DNA of 64,000 bases from the human T2T-CHM13v2.0 reference genome, Homo sapiens. Under the pieces are notes generated by a model. The model was not told where the DNA came from and did not search any database. It was given only the letters and a program-made list of their open reading frames with translations. The position numbers and the translations under genes were made by a program. Positions 40,047 to 54,309 of this stretch are shown here, piece after piece. The stretch is taken from assembly GCF_009914755.1 (NCBI RefSeq), contig NC_060936.1; one strand, written 5' to 3'. Every line of letters begins with the position of its first letter. Position 1 is the first letter of the stretch.

Positions 40047-41551
40047 CTGTAATTCAGAGAGACTCTGTTAGGAGCACAGAAACCATACTTAGTACAATTT
40101 GTTTTTTAGTTGTTTACATAATATGGCAATCTGATCTATATATTGAGCCATATTATTCTTAATATCTCAGATGCCCAGGCCTAACCTATCAGTCAATTTA
40201 GAATCCTAGTTGAAGAAAGAAGAGGAATACAGTGGAGAGATACAACCTACAGGTTCAACAATGGAGTAATAGTTAATTGATTTAGTACACCAAGATGATG
40301 GAATACCCTGTGATTATTAAAAATCAAGGGACAGAAAAAGATTCAATAATCTAGAGAATGCTTACAATCTTTTAGGTGAAAAAGAGCAGGTTAAAAAAGA
40401 ATAGCATATATGATATGATTCTAATTTTATAAAGCAAACAAAACCAAAAGCTTAATAGATGTTGCAACAAAAAGTGTATATATGTGTGTGTGTGTGTGCA
40501 TACATATAATATACACACACATATATAAGGATATATGTACATACCTACATATAAAATACTTCAGCATTTTAACACCAGAAGAGGCCTTACATTTTATCAC
40601 ATACTTAAACCTCCTAATCCTACATATAAGAAAGCAGCAACTAAACATTTTTCACTAGAATGGGTCTAGGAGATAATTGTACTCATTTCACAATTGGTCA
40701 AACTGAAAATAGGTCACAAACAGGACAAGTAATTTGCCAAGGTCACACTGCTGTAAAAATCCAAGCAAGACGGACTACATAGAGTTAAAATTTGGGAGCA
40801 AGCTGCTGGGTGGACCTTTTGATACCAAATTATCCTGAAGTCCCCAGAACATCCCAAAGGTAAATGACTTCAAGGTAAAAATTCAGAGTAATTCAGTAAG
40901 AAATATTCTTTTCAAGCCTTAACATGACTTTATTAAGGAGTGAAAGATAATATTTCCTTATTGGAAAAACAATTATTTCTAGCATTTGTTTCTATAGTAG
41001 TCTTATGGAAAAGAAATATGTACTCTCTAATTTAATAAGACTGTATTTTGTATCTAAAGAGGTTAACAGAACGATGAATGGTTCTGTTCTGGATCTTAGT
41101 CCACACCAGGGACAACAGGTACTATGGAAGGGAAAACAAAAGCAACATCTTTCCTTTGGCTTTGCAAACCTAACAACCATGACCAAAATATTTAAATTAT
41201 TCCATAACACCGCTAGGGAGCCTAATTCCTTCTTGCATGATTTTCCACGGATAGCACAACAGCAGCTTGGTATTGGACACTGCTATTTGCCTGAAGCATA
41301 TGTGTCTGTGGGAAAGGCTACTACTATTTGACATGTATGACAGACTCAACACAGGATATTTGATATTTGAAGTAGAATCATTTGAGTTTCAGAAATATGT
41401 CCCCTTTCTCTGCTACCAGAAAGTTCTAGCCCATTTTTGATTTTTGGTTCTTGTACATTGATTCATTTTTCTGAACTATGTGTATTTTCTAGTTTATTCT
41501 AAGTAGTTGGAAGAACAACTAATAATGGGGGAAATTGCAAGGTTTACTTAC

Positions 41552-41649
41552 CCCGACCTTTTGGGGTGACCTAAAAGTTTCTTTCTTGACAAGTTTAAGA
41601 TAAAAAACTGCTGGAAGAATAAAAATCAGCATAGTGGCAGAAGAAGCCC
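41552..41649 (-). CDS. SLC38A4: SNAT4 exon (aa ~482-514)
   Basis: tcag|GG...GGG|gtaagt; ASSATMLIFILPAVFYLKLVKKETFRSPQKVG; 98 nt. Confidence 0.96.
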
Positions 41650-42525
41650 CTGAGAAGACAAACACAGGGTAAGGTCAATGTCTTACCCAGCAGTTCCTAG
41701 CAAAGGAGATGCCAGCACACACTTTAAATAAACCAAATATAAAGCTATCCTATACTTAGCACTAAAAACACACACTTAAGTCACATAAGCTCATCTTGGT
41801 TATTTATTCATAGAAGATATGTTTATAGAGACAATTAAAATGTACCTAACATCAAAGCTGCATAAGTATATGCAACATATAATAAGCAACAAAAGGCTGA
41901 ATTTAACACAAATTTACAGGGGATTAGTAATATAAATACATACTAAGGTGGCTGAACTCATGACACACCCTATCCACCTCTTACTTTGCAAGTGACCTAC
42001 CCATGGTTCTTTTAAAGTTTTAGATTGTGTTTAAAGTTTAAGTAAACCCTCAATGAGTAGAATGAAAATTAATAGACCATGCAGTTATGGGGAAATACTA
42101 ATAATACACTTTATATAATCAACCTCCTATTCCTCTGAAGATACCTTTCAATGTTCAGCTGATACTCGTAGTATCAGAGAGCTTCTGGCAGGTAAAATCT
42201 ATCTTCCTCTTTTCCTGATGGTGGAGCTAATACCTAAGTCCAAATCCTGGGTCCACACCAAGGTATATGACTTGACTTTTATAGGGGTCAGTTTCCTCAT
42301 CTATCAGAAAAAGCAGCTTGACTAAATGACCTATAAGGTGGCTCCCAGTGTCAGTTAGGAGGAAGAGACAGTGAGCAGCTCAATCACCAGAGCCTCGCAG
42401 GGATAAAGGGAATCCATGAGCCTGAGAAAGAACGGGGATCTGGATGACCCAGCACTGGTTCCCTGTCCATCATTTAATGAGGCGTGAGTTTGGGTTGACC
42501 AAATTGAAGCCTTTCTGAAACTCAC

Positions 42526-42670
42526 CTATGAATCCGAAGATGTATTTTATAGTTGGCACAAGGATGACCAGAACATTATTAAGTGCAATAAGCACAGCTG
42601 CAATCAGGAAATGTCGTATCCAGCTGAAGGGTCGTTTGGGAAATAACAGTGTGATCACTGATGTACGAAT
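42526..42670 (-). CDS. SLC38A4: SNAT4 exon (aa ~434-482)
   Basis: taag|ATT...G|gtgagt; IRTSVITLLFPKRPFSWIRH...KYIFGFI; 145 nt. Confidence 0.96.
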
Positions 42671-42888
42671 CTTAAACAAGAAAGTTCAAAGGCAAGATCA
42701 TTTCTTTGTTTTTGACTTTATCTATTACTTCAAATATTCTCATCACTCTAATGCATTTTCTTTCTTTTTCTTTTTTCCCAGAAAAGATGTTGATGCTTTT
42801 TTCAATTTTTTTATTATTATAAAACATACATAACATAGAATTTACCATCTTAACCATTTTTAAGTGTACAGTTCAGTGGTATTAAGCA

Positions 42889-43207
42889 TAGTCATTTCGG
42901 TCAACAACAGACCACATATAAGACAGTGATACCCTAAGGTTGTAATACTGTATTTTTACAGTAGCTTTTCTACGTTTGGAGACACAAATACTTACCATTA
43001 TGTTACAGGTACCTCCACTATTCAGTACAGTAACATGCTGTACAGGTTTGTAGCCTAGGAGTACTAGGCTATGCCATATAGCCTTAGTGTATAGTAGGCT
43101 CCACCAATTAGGCTGCAAGTACAATCTATGGTGTTTGCACAATGACAAAATTGCCTAAAGATGCATTTCTCAGAATATGTCCACATTTGTAAGCAACACA
43201 TGACTGT
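42889..43207. mobile_element. Tigger3a/MER7A-type MITE, preceded by a short antisense L1M 3' end (~42810-42888)
   Basis: TTTCGGTCAAC...CAGTACAGTAACATGCTGTACAGGTTTGTAGCCTAGGAG...GCATTTCTCAGAA...CATGACTGTA. Confidence 0.8.
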
Positions 43208-43619
43208 ACATTCATCTTGTGCAGTCTTGATGCTAACTTTTGATATTTGAAATGGAGTGTCATTTTTTCCTTGGCGTATTTTATAAGACAATATTTTATG
43301 CTTTCACTTTCTTAGTTTTCAGAATTTATTGTTAAAAATAATCTCGGTCAGAAAGAGATAACAGGCAAGACACATAATTAAGAAACATAGTAAAACCCTT
43401 GTTGATCACAAAACATGTCTCATCAGACTGGATGAGACATTAAGGGCAAGCACTGAATTGATTTACACAAGATTGTGAAAGGAATTTTTATGAATCTAGG
43501 TTTTCCTTAATTTTGCATGGTATTTAACATTTTAAAATAAAATTTTAAAATGGTATTTTAAAATTTTGACGTTTTTATGTTTGCTCCTTCCACTTTCTCT
43601 CCTTTTTAGCTCTCCCTAT

Positions 43620-43745
43620 CAATAGATTGTAAATCTATGAAAGGCAAGGAACAGGACCTAATAATCTAAACATTCCTCAGACTTTCTAGCTTAGTGTTGT
43701 GCACACAGCAGGCACTGAATAAAAGCTTAAATTAAATTGAATAGT
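43620..43745 (+). mobile_element. L2 3' end fragment
   Basis: TAGATTGTAAATCTATGAAAGGCAAGG...CTAGCTTAGTG...CACACAGCAGGCACTGAATAAA. Confidence 0.55.
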
Positions 43746-46700
43746 AGGAATCTTATCCTTCCCTTCAGGATCCTTGACAGATTTCAGCCCTATTTTAGCA
43801 GCTGAAATAAGTAGGCGAAGGGTCAAGAGAGCCTCAGTTTGCAGCAGCTGCTCAAGTTACGCTGCTGTAACTGGATAAAGATCCCTGTGGGCAGAGGGAG
43901 GGAGTGACATTTGTGTTTGTACAGCTTGACAAAGTTGAAAACACTCTTATCTTTGGAATCTTTTAGAGGACACTTTTTGGACTTAGTGGAATTACTCTAT
44001 CAGCTTTCCAATAAGTGAATACTTCGGTTAAGCTAGGAGTTCACATTTTTGGAAATGCTGTGATTGATGTTCACTTTAAAATTTTAGTTCTGAAGTCACT
44101 TAAGGTGCAGAGATGGGAACTCATTTAAAAGAGAGAAAATGTAAAATATATTTTGAAACATGTATGAATGACAAAAAATTCAAGCTAAATAGCTTGCAGT
44201 TTCTCATGTGACATTCCTTTCATACCACTCCACCAAAAATTAAGGCCATCTGTTTAGGCTGAAAAGGCAATTTCATTTCTAGAATGACAAACCAGATAGT
44301 CTCTGGAAATAGTTTAAGAATAACTTTGTAAAGGATTTTAAAAATTGGATTAGTGAACATTATGAAACTCATTCTGAAAAGGAAACTGAGGAAAGCAAAT
44401 GGTGTGATATTGTTTTCCTCAGCAGCCTATAATTCTACATTATGATCTGCAATTAGTGCTTATTCAATATTGTCAAAACTGGTCCAATTAGTAGGCTTAC
44501 AAATAAGCTTTTTATGGTATATACATAGTGCCAGAGGACTTAATTTGTTTCACAGTGTTAAACAGAATAAATAAGTATGAGATATAGGCTCATTTTCAGA
44601 GAATAGTCACAGTTTGTTTTTTAGTCGCTTGTTAAAAAGGTGCATTCAAGTCAATAAGCTGAGTTAGAGTGAGTTAGAGGCAGTCCTATATGTCCAGGGC
44701 CTCTGAATGTGAAAGCAGTCTCCTGGCTCCCAGAAAGATTAACATTTGGCCTAATGATATGAGATCACAGAAAGTTTATGGGAATAATAGGTAGAACGGT
44801 TGGAGTAAATGCAAAAGCTTCTTCCTCTTTCTGAATAAGGAATAGGAAAATTCCAAACAGAACTGAAGGTGGTTTCCAGTGCATTCCTGAAGAGAGCAAC
44901 AGAGCAAAGAGGGAGGGAGGTACTAGGCTTGTGGTGGTGGTGGAAAAGATCAGGAAGGAAACTTGCTGGTCATTCCATGTTAAAGTGCCTCCCTGAGTAG
45001 TGAGCCTAGGACCAAAAGCCCCCAGCAGTTCTGTTTACCTTTGCTAGGGCAGACCACTGGCTGATTCCCACCAAGCCTCATCTGCTCTTCCACTTAGCTA
45101 TGTGCCTTTTTCTTTACTGACACAAGTCGCTAGGAACCTGGAAATGTGGGTCAGATGCTGTGGGTCAGGGAGGTCCCCAGCACCATCCAGGGCCTCTGAC
45201 CCACAATGATTCCATTAAGGTTCTATGCAGCTCTAGAGACAACATCTGTTATTTCCAGAGAAAGAGTCCTGAACAGGAGCCTGTTAGGGGGTGCTGTATT
45301 CTGATGCAGGGGCCCAATGTGAAGGTCAAAAATGTGGAGGCACAGGAGGAAGTGAGAGTCTTAGTTCTAACTCTTAAAAAAAAAAAAAAAGCCTCTCCCA
45401 TTGTTTAGACGTAGCTCACACTTTGATTTTGCAGGTTTGCTTAAGGCAAGGATGTTGGAAAACCTACGAATCACTGCTCCACTGCAGTTGATAGCAATAT
45501 ACGCTGCATTTCTATGTTGATATCTATATACACTTCAAAACAGGAGATCTGAAGGCAACATAAGTGAAAAGACTGATTTTAATTATAAGATGAAATACAA
45601 GTAGCTAGGGATCTTTTTTCAAAGGCATGGCAGGTGAAATTTTCATCTGTGTGTTCATTATATATCCATTAGGATTATTTGGTTTCTTGTTCTTTATGGA
45701 AATATGGAAACTTTACTGCATAAAGGGAAGCATAAGCTGAAAATGACATGATCAGTCCTCTGGAAGGAGGTGCCATTCCATAACTGATACCCCACCCACT
45801 ACTAAGAGAGAAAGAAATGTTGGGCTGCTAGTGAAAACACTACCTTAATTCATTTCATTTATTCACTTGTTCAACAAATACTACAAGCAGTTACTATGCA
45901 CCTTTTACTAAAAAGGAAAAAACTAACCTGATTGGAAAAAAGAAAGATAATAAATGAAGTAGAGAAAAACAAACCCCAGTCATATCTTCTCAAGCTCCTA
46001 AGAAAGAGAGCCCAGTTACCATGTTGAAAGAAGGAGAACACAAAATAATGCCTAAAGCTGATAGATTTTAATTCAGATTAGGTTTTGTTAGTTTTATTAT
46101 TAATGTGTGGAGATATCAAGGCAAGTAAATAAACTTACTGGTGAAGAGTTCCTTAAATGAAATAAACTGTCAGGAGAACCATGCTGTGAGTCAGCATTTG
46201 ACACATTGAAAATCTGAGCCCTAAGTTATACGAAATAAACAAGCAAAAGCGCCAATAACAACTTTTATCATTTTAGTAAAGAAAAAAAATTGAATTTAGC
46301 TTCAGAGGACTTGATTGAGATCCACTCACGGAAGTGACCACTCTCTGTCACCATCTCTGTGTATCCTTCATGTATAGGGAGGTTTGGTTCATTTAGCCCA
46401 GATCCTCAACCCAGCTGAATTCGTAGCACATGTCACCAAGGGAAAGAGTGTCTATGCTTTTGCTAGAAAAGGCAGTTTATACATTTCAAGACAAGGCAAG
46501 ATTCATTTGAAGACCATTTTTCTTCCCAAGCATGACAGAGCTCACCCTCTGTGCCAGTCACTGTGCACATCACCAAGTCCCAGGGACTTATGACTCTGTG
46601 GGGCAGTGGAGCACTTACACAGATTATATAAATGTAACATTGCAAGGGTGAGGACAGGATAATGTGCAAAATGTTTCATAAATGCTAATGTTGAGTGGAA

Positions 46701-48290
46701 ATACATAATGAAGGACAGCAGTTAGTCATTTTTCTGAACTCTGGTTCTTATGGTCAATTTTGGTTCTAATGGCATCTAATGTTTACACACTATTGCTGTT
46801 CCTGATGGTCAGATTTATATCAGTGCTTTATTTCTCACATAGGGTAAGAATTTCTAAGGGGAGATTTGGATTTTCCATGCTGAGGTGAAATGTTCATCAG
46901 TAAATGACTTTTACTTCCCATGACAATAATTGCAGCCCTCAGTGTTGGGCTATGAGCTGCACTAGTTGAACTGTTACCAGCTGTCTGTGTGACGATGGCC
47001 AATTCTGGCAATCCCTTAAAACCATGGCTTGAAAACACTATATGAATATGAATAAAGCAATACAGAAGCACATCACAGATTTCTTATGCTTTGATTCTAC
47101 AATGATGTGAATGCTTACACTGTGCCAAAATTTAGTGAGTGATTTTTTTACACATAAAAAGAAGGGCTCCAGATATCCTTTTCTCAGTGAAGTTGTTTGC
47201 CTGGCAATTTTACCCTATCGTATACCTTCTGTTTATAGTTGTCTTCTGTCTTGTACCCAAGACGGAGCTGATTTTAGGCTAAAGCTATGTGTATGTCATC
47301 TGAAATACTTTCAGATATATTAGAGGCAAGACATGATTTAAGAGTAAAATATTAGCCACCATAGTAGTACGGATCTGATTTCATGCACTCATGAAAAAGG
47401 AATGTGCCAAAATATATTTCAGCACACAAGCTGCATTTAAAGTGACCACAGTGTCATTATAGAAATAGTCTTCATATGCCAGCCCTGTATGGAACATTAT
47501 GTCCAGGACAGTGCTGGTTACTGTGTCACTTATTTTTTTCCCCCTCAAATGAATGAGTAAATTCAGTGTTTATGAAACAGGAGCTGGCAGGAGGGTGAAG
47601 ACCTGTGTTTATCCTTAGGTGGTGGTTTTAACTCACACAGCCCAAATCTTCACTACCAGCTCTGCTCTGGGATCTCAGAACAAACTGACACCAATGACAA
47701 ATGCCAGGGAGGGGTGACCTGGTGTGAGTCTGGCAGAGGCCATGTGTGAGAGAGATATGTGATAGATAGCATAACTGTTTTTTGAAAAATTTTTTTCTGG
47801 TATATAATTTACTTAACATGAATCCCCTTTTCATTAGCCTTCAAGGCATCAGGTTAAAAAAGGCAACTTTTGTATATTATTGCAGCACAACAAACTGGAA
47901 AAAAAATGAAATGCCTTCAAAACTGTGATGAAATTTAATAAGATTTGAAAGTTAATATGGTTTTGGCTTTCAAGGTTCCAAAGTTATATGAACTCCTACT
48001 CAGTTTTACTAATCCACAAGACAGAAGCTCCAGCTCCACTTTTCAACTTTGAGTTTAAAAATAAGTTTTATGATTTTTTTCCTACACTATAAAAATACCA
48101 CCTGAAACTACTTGCTCTATCTACACATTAAATGGCCAATTTTAAGTGACTCAAAATGCTATAGGAAAATAATATCCTCAGGCATTGCAATTGCAAACTC
48201 ACCCTATAATTAAATCAAAATGAAGGTAGAACACATGTACTAATTTATGGGGTCAAGTAGGTTTCTTTCATCAAAGTCTTATGTACTTAC

Positions 48291-48415
48291 TGGGAAGAGG
48301 ACAATGGGCACAGTTAGTGTTACTGCCACAAGGACTGCCAGGCGAACCATGAGAAGAGGGATGTCTAATGTATACACTTTGCTGTAGGCATGAAGTAATT
48401 CATCTTCAACTTCTC
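48291..48415 (-). CDS. SLC38A4: SNAT4 exon (aa ~392-433)
   Basis: gtag|GA...CCA|gtaagt; EVEDELLHAYSKVYTLDIPLLMVRLAVLVAVTLTVPIVLFP; 125 nt. Confidence 0.96.
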
Positions 48416-50145
48416 CTACAACAGGAAAAAGAGAATGAAACCGCTTGGTGTTGTCAAATCAGCACAGGTCACTTATGGCAACATTTTATAGAGAGAACAC
48501 AGAACAGAGGAAAAGACCTAGGCCTGGGAATCCAGGCACCTCTGGTCTTGCCTCTGAGCTCATTAGCTATGCAACCTTCATTCAAATGAACAAAGAGGTC
48601 CTGAAGCTGATAACGTTGCAGAAGGTATAATACAAAATAAAGAGCCTCTCAAGCTCATTTACATTGTGATAAATCTATCTCCGCTGTACAGAAGCAATTA
48701 CAAATCAGACAGAGACCAAGGTGCTCTTGTTGAAGGGGATGAGAGACCCAAGCCCCACATATTGTCTCTCCCAGCCTACCACCTCCCCTGTCCCTACCTG
48801 TGCAGCCACTCCTGATGCAGGTTACAAACCCAGTGTGTAAACTCTAGGATGAATGATTGCTACCATTTTTTCAAGCTCAACAACTATGACTCCATCACCA
48901 CACTAAAACAGATATTTTTGGGCTCTTTCAAGTTTTTGCTTGTCTTATGAAACTCATTAAAATAAGTATAAGTAACGTGCAGGGATAAATTAGTATAATT
49001 TTTAGATGGTCTCCCAGTGGGTACTACTCTAAGACGAAGATGCAGCCCTACTTGAAAACACCTTCATTCAGGACTCCAAGCACAAATAACAAGAAAATAT
49101 CTATGGAATCAAGCGTAGTTGGATTTTCACCTCAAGATCAGACAAAAAGTAGTGAAAATACCTTCAGTAGTATTGACCTCGTCATTCATTATTTCACAAC
49201 CGGCAAAAAGTTAATGCCCAATCTAAAGCACATGTTTGGTTAATAGTCAAATATTAGTCAAATAGAAAAAAAACCTAAGCAAATGGTGGCCTACTCCTGA
49301 ATCTTTTCCTCCACAATTTGTCATACATGCAATTCAATTTACCAAGTCAGTAAGAAAAAAATTAAGTTAAAAACTTTAAAAGGAGGTTTATACAAAAATA
49401 TATTTATATTGATACACTGATTCATGTAAACATATGCTACCAGGTCAATATGTGATTCCATGAAATCTGTTTATGTGGCCACACTTCATGGAAGGAGTAC
49501 AATCCTACTCCCTTTGTGAACTGTTAAGATGCCAGAGAGGAAATGTTGCAGGCATAATCTAATGTGGCCATAGTCACTTTTTTTTGGTGGTGCATTCTTA
49601 GATTGAAGGAAATTCTGTCATGTCCTCTTTCTTAGGAAATCATTTAGTATAACAAAATAGAATGGGATATGTCAGAAATTTTACCTAAAGTCCCAAGCTC
49701 CCAGATTTGACTTGACTGGTAAAGAGGAGGCAAATTCAAACTTGAGGACCTGGCAGTTTCCCTGCTATTTGTGTGGCAGTTAATAATTCCATCAAAGGAG
49801 CTTTATCACATGCAAGTGGATTCATTCTCATCACTTGTAGCCTGAGTTGGACTATGGAGTCTAGCCAGAGAAATATCATCTATCCCTAGAGGAAAATAAT
49901 TTTGTTTGAGGGATATTTTTTATAAAATAGGTGTTAATTCACAAATTCTTGTAACTTGTTAGCCAGGCTGAATCAGGCCCCATTTCCTCAGGTCAAGTGA
50001 CAAAACTAAAATAGTATATTAATTGAATATGTGTCATCTATAGAGCATGCTTATAGAAGGCAATTTTTAAAAATCATACCTACCCAGGTCAAGGACCAGC
50101 CTAACAAGGATTTGCATATAGAGAATGACTTTCAGAGTGACCTAC

Positions 50146-50246
50146 CATAGAAGGTTAGGTAACCAAAGAGGGCGGCAAGCAGGTACATGACAAGCATCCC
50201 CGTGATGGAAATATTTGACACCGTTTGCATTTTTCTCCGGGACCGA
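50146..50246 (-). CDS. SLC38A4: SNAT4 exon (aa ~358-392)
   Basis: ccag|T...G|gtaggt; RSRRKMQTVSNISITGMLVMYLLAALFGYLTFY; 101 nt. Confidence 0.96.
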
Positions 50247-51530
50247 CTGGAAAAAGAAAGAACACCAAGCTTTGTTTTTTAAACTTACAAAAAAAAATCA
50301 CTTTTCAAAATGAAAATAATAATAAAAAAGTATATCTATATTGCTAATCATGAAGACATATTTAGTACGTAAACTTATAGCTGATTTAAATTTGTCTTAG
50401 AGAGCTAATGAGGATTCATTTCCATTTTTCTTAAACACTAGTCCTTCAGTCTTAAAAACAATCATTTCCCTAGAAGAGGAACAGTCTATTTCACGTAGGT
50501 CAGTAAGCTTGCCCACTGAATAAGAATATAATTAACATAAAGATGAAACAGGCTCCTAACATAGAAAGCTTTTGCATTTCATAATGAGATGACTTTAAAT
50601 GAGGAAAAGAACCTAGTAGAGTCAGCAAAGTACTACTGCCAGGAGTCCAGACTACCTGAAAAGCTTCTGAAAACCATTCTAGAAGGAACCTGGCTGCCAA
50701 AGATCAATTGTCAGGCTTCTGGAGTAACTGCTACATGTAATTTTCAAAGTAAATCAAAGACATCAAAATACTTGAAAGTGTTCTGAAATTTTTTATGAGG
50801 TAAATCAGAATTTATGGGGAAAGTTTTGCTATTTAGTGAGAATGAAGACTGAGGTTACTGATGTCTAGATTAAAGAAGTTGAGAATTATTATATAATACC
50901 CTCCCTTAAAGGAAAGAGGAAAACAGCTATAATGAGTTCATATCCTTTGTTCCCAAGCAAATATCAACAACTTCAAAGGGAAAAGAATACAAATGAACCA
51001 TAGACCATCAGCTGGAAGAAACAAGATTTTCTAGCCAGTGACTCTATTGTACAAATAAGACAACAAAGGACAGATATTGACACATCTCTTGTAATGAATG
51101 TGTTCTAGACAAGGGTTAGGTGCTGACTATAAATGACATCACTGGCTTATCGAGGCTGCCCCTAACCATAAGTTTTGGTCGTCATGGGTGTTTTCATTTC
51201 TAGTCCAGCTGACATCATTTCTTCCGAACAAAATTCAAATTTAAATTCCCAACACCTGCCAAAATTATTACAACCATCGACTCCTTGTCCACCTGCCATG
51301 AACCCCTCCCCTGAACCATTATGGTGGAGAGAAAGGAGAGAAAGAAGATAAGGTAGTGCTGTGGTGGGCTGATTCCCACCTTTCTGATTAAAGCATGTTA
51401 CTGAGGAGTGGATGGAGTACATATTTTCTCTGAAGAGGAAGCTATAAACTGTGTTTCCTGTTAAAGAATCTTTGAACATATGAGCAGAATTTCAAAGCAA
51501 ATTAGAATGCTAAAATGATGGCTGCCTTAC

Positions 51531-51610
51531 TCTTTAAGTTCACTGTAGATGGGAAGGACCTCAGGGTGGCATACAAAAGCAAATACTAGGATAGGAATTG
51601 CATAGGCCGT
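51531..51610 (-). CDS. SLC38A4: SNAT4 exon (aa ~332-358)
   Basis: tcag|ACG...GA|gtaagg; TAYAIPILVFAFVCHPEVLPIYSELK; 80 nt. Confidence 0.96.
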
Positions 51611-51742
51611 CTGAAAAACAAAGACAACACCACGTGTTTAGCATTCCAACATAGATGGTGATCTCAGGCCATCTCAGTTTATTGAATAAAAACTTAGAAA
51701 ACACATAACTGTACTCATTAGAAGCCCGGACCGCTCACTTAC

Positions 51743-52018
51743 CCGGGAGTTGAATACAAAGTATTTGGGTTCACACTTGTCATCACTATGAGCTTCATAT
51801 TCTACTCCACTGTCATGAAGAGAGCCCTTGGCCTGGTTCTCATCCAGCCCTGCAGGATTGCGGTGGGTGTAATCCATCATGAAGTTCACATCAGAACTCT
51901 CAGAGTTGTTGGGTAACATTACCACATGCATTGGAAGCGTGTTGTTGAATGACAGATTTCCAACACTGTGATCCAAAACAGGTAGAGGGCAGGGTATTTG
52001 GAATTTCTTGTAAATCAC
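51743..52018 (-). CDS. SLC38A4: SNAT4 exon (aa ~240-331), large extracellular loop
   Basis: ctag|GTG...CGG|gtaagt; VIYKKFQIPCPLP...DDKCEPKYFVFNSR; 276 nt, phase 0-0. Confidence 0.96.
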
Positions 52019-52852
52019 CTAGACTCAGTCATTAAAAAAGAAAAAAAAATCAGCTTTTTGAGAAAAAACAATGAAATAAGAATCCATATGTGTGGCTTAT
52101 AGGGTGGGGGGTGAGGGAACTCAGTTAGGGATTCCTTTTAGACTAATGGACAAAGTAAACTTCCTCTAGCCTCTGTTCTAAGGGAAGAGTTGGAGCTGTG
52201 ATTGGCAGCCCTGCCTCTTAGAGTTAACAGGACAATATTTTGCAAGAATCCTTCCCACCCTCTTTCATGCCCTTCCATGAGAAAGATGATCATTTCCTTA
52301 TTTCTTCAAACTAAGGTGACATGGGTCTTCAAAACTTTTTTTCCTTCTCCTTTACCTCTTTGGGGAAATGCTTTATAAATTTTGGCATTCATGATAGTGC
52401 AAGAAATTCCCTCTTTTGTCAGGGGCCTAGAGAGGAGGATTTCTTCTTTAATCCCACTGTTCTTGTCCTCTCTTAATGGGTGGAATGTGTAAGAGAGAAT
52501 GGCTGATTCATGTGAATATGGATATAGCCTTCTTGTTTCTCATCTGGGACTCTCCTCTGCTGTTCTAAATGCCAGATTATTGTCATGTTCCTGCTTGAAG
52601 TTTTCCTTTTTTCCCCATATATAACCAGTGTGCCTAGACCAAACCATTAGTAGTAGCTTTGATATTCTACCTCAACTATCTTTAAATCGTAGCTGCTCTT
52701 TTTTTGCTCTAAATTAGTCTACAAGAAAATCACTTGTGATACAAGAACTATTTCATATTAGTGAAGTGCTTGAACAAAATGAGGACACTAATTTAGGCAC
52801 AAAAAAACTCATGCTAACCAACCTGCAAGGATCATGTCATCACATCACTTAC

Positions 52853-52911
52853 CACACTAACAAAAAACACCATGCAGGTAAGAGAAAATCCACTGGTATA
52901 GCCAAGATAAC
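52853..52911 (-). CDS. SLC38A4: SNAT4 exon (aa ~220-239)
   Basis: ctag|GT...GTG|gtaagt; YLGYTSGFSLTCMVFFVSV; 59 nt. Confidence 0.95.
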
Positions 52912-53021
52912 CTAGAAGTTAGAAGAAGCATTTTGGAAGGTGAATATGGCATCTACAATTAGCTAACCTATTTAAATGTGAAATAAAAATAAAAATATTT
53001 CCAGTTAGAAAATATCTTTAC

Positions 53022-53104
53022 CTAAATTTTTAAGGAGCGAAAGTGGAAGAATAATTCCAACAGACACAAATATGATGAGGTAGTTGCCATTGAGGTACCA
53101 TTCT
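53022..53104 (-). CDS. SLC38A4: SNAT4 exon (aa ~192-220)
   Basis: ctag|A...G|gtaaag; EWYLNGNYLIIFVSVGIILPLSLLKNL; 83 nt. Confidence 0.95.
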
Positions 53105-53190
53105 CTAGAAGTGAGAGACAGGGATATTAGAATCAGAAAAGACCAAGTAGAATGAGTCACTTGATGTCACAGAGGGAGCATAAGACATAC

Positions 53191-53272
53191 CCAGTATTTT
53201 CTTCAAGTCCCATGAATGCTCTGATTACTTCAGGTAGTTCATATTTAATGATAAAGAGGTAGCTTGACATTG
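53191..53272 (-). CDS. SLC38A4: SNAT4 exon (aa ~165-192)
   Basis: ttag|CA...GG|gtatgt; MSSYLFIIKYELPEVIRAFMGLEENT; 82 nt. Confidence 0.95.
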
Positions 53273-54309
53273 CTAAAATGGAAAATGTGACAGCTTAATG
53301 GTGTGGACAGTACTGAAGTCACATGCAAGCAAGTTATGACATTTGGGATATGTAAGATGAACATCTAATCCCCCAAATGGAAAAAAAAGTCATTGTGTAT
53401 TTGGCACTGCTTCCAAGTTCTCTTCCAAGATAGACATTTGACCTTCCAGCTCTTTCAGGTGGACCTTTGTTAACAGTATCAGGGCTGATTCTGTGTTAAA
53501 TCCTGCTCCAAAGTTTACAGTGAAGCTGCAGTTCTAAGGTTCTGCCCCCATTAGTTATAAATCAACATAGCCCATACTCAGTGTGCCTGTGTTAGTGTCT
53601 ATAACTTGGGCAGTAGTCTGGCAACAAAAGGCATGGGCCAGCTGAGAGATGGCAGAATCAAAGGGCAGATCTGCAGAGTCAATATATCCCCTCTGGTTTT
53701 CTGCAGATGGGCACCAATCTAGTCCTCCGGGACCTATCTGAGGAGTACACAAAGTCTCAGACCACTTATTGTCAGAACCAAAGGCTTCCTGGATTGATAA
53801 AAGAATACAAGAGATGACAGCTTCTCTCCATCTTTGTCAAAGAAGTTTTTTTTTTTCCCCCCTCTTCATCTTACTCTCCTTTTGGCTAACTAAGGAATTA
53901 TATAAAGTGGCAAAATTTCATGAGCATCTAGGTAAGTGATACATGAATGATTATCTACTCTTGTGAAAGATTTCTTGATGAAATCTACAAGCCTTCTCCC
54001 TGAAAAAATGAATATGTATTCATATACATAACATTACAATTTTGCCTACAACTGTAAATATTTATGCATCACGCCTTTTTCAAGCCCACCCATTTGGTGA
54101 AGGATAACGTTAATTTGTTGACACATGGCCAAAAGATTCAGTTAAAAATAGAACTCACAAATTTTACATGAAAACTTTAAGTGTGTCCTACATCCTTCTA
54201 GTGAATTTTTGCTAACAGGCACTTTAAAACACATACTTAAATTGTAAATTAAACTACTGAGTTTAAAAATATTTTCTTCACTTCATATGAAAGTAACAGT
54301 GATGATAAT

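Noticed and set aside
48410-48418. Tandem acceptor TAG-GAG-AAG (NAGNAG)
   Set aside because: GAG is a disfavoured acceptor and the proximal TAG fits the expected protein; no support without RNA data
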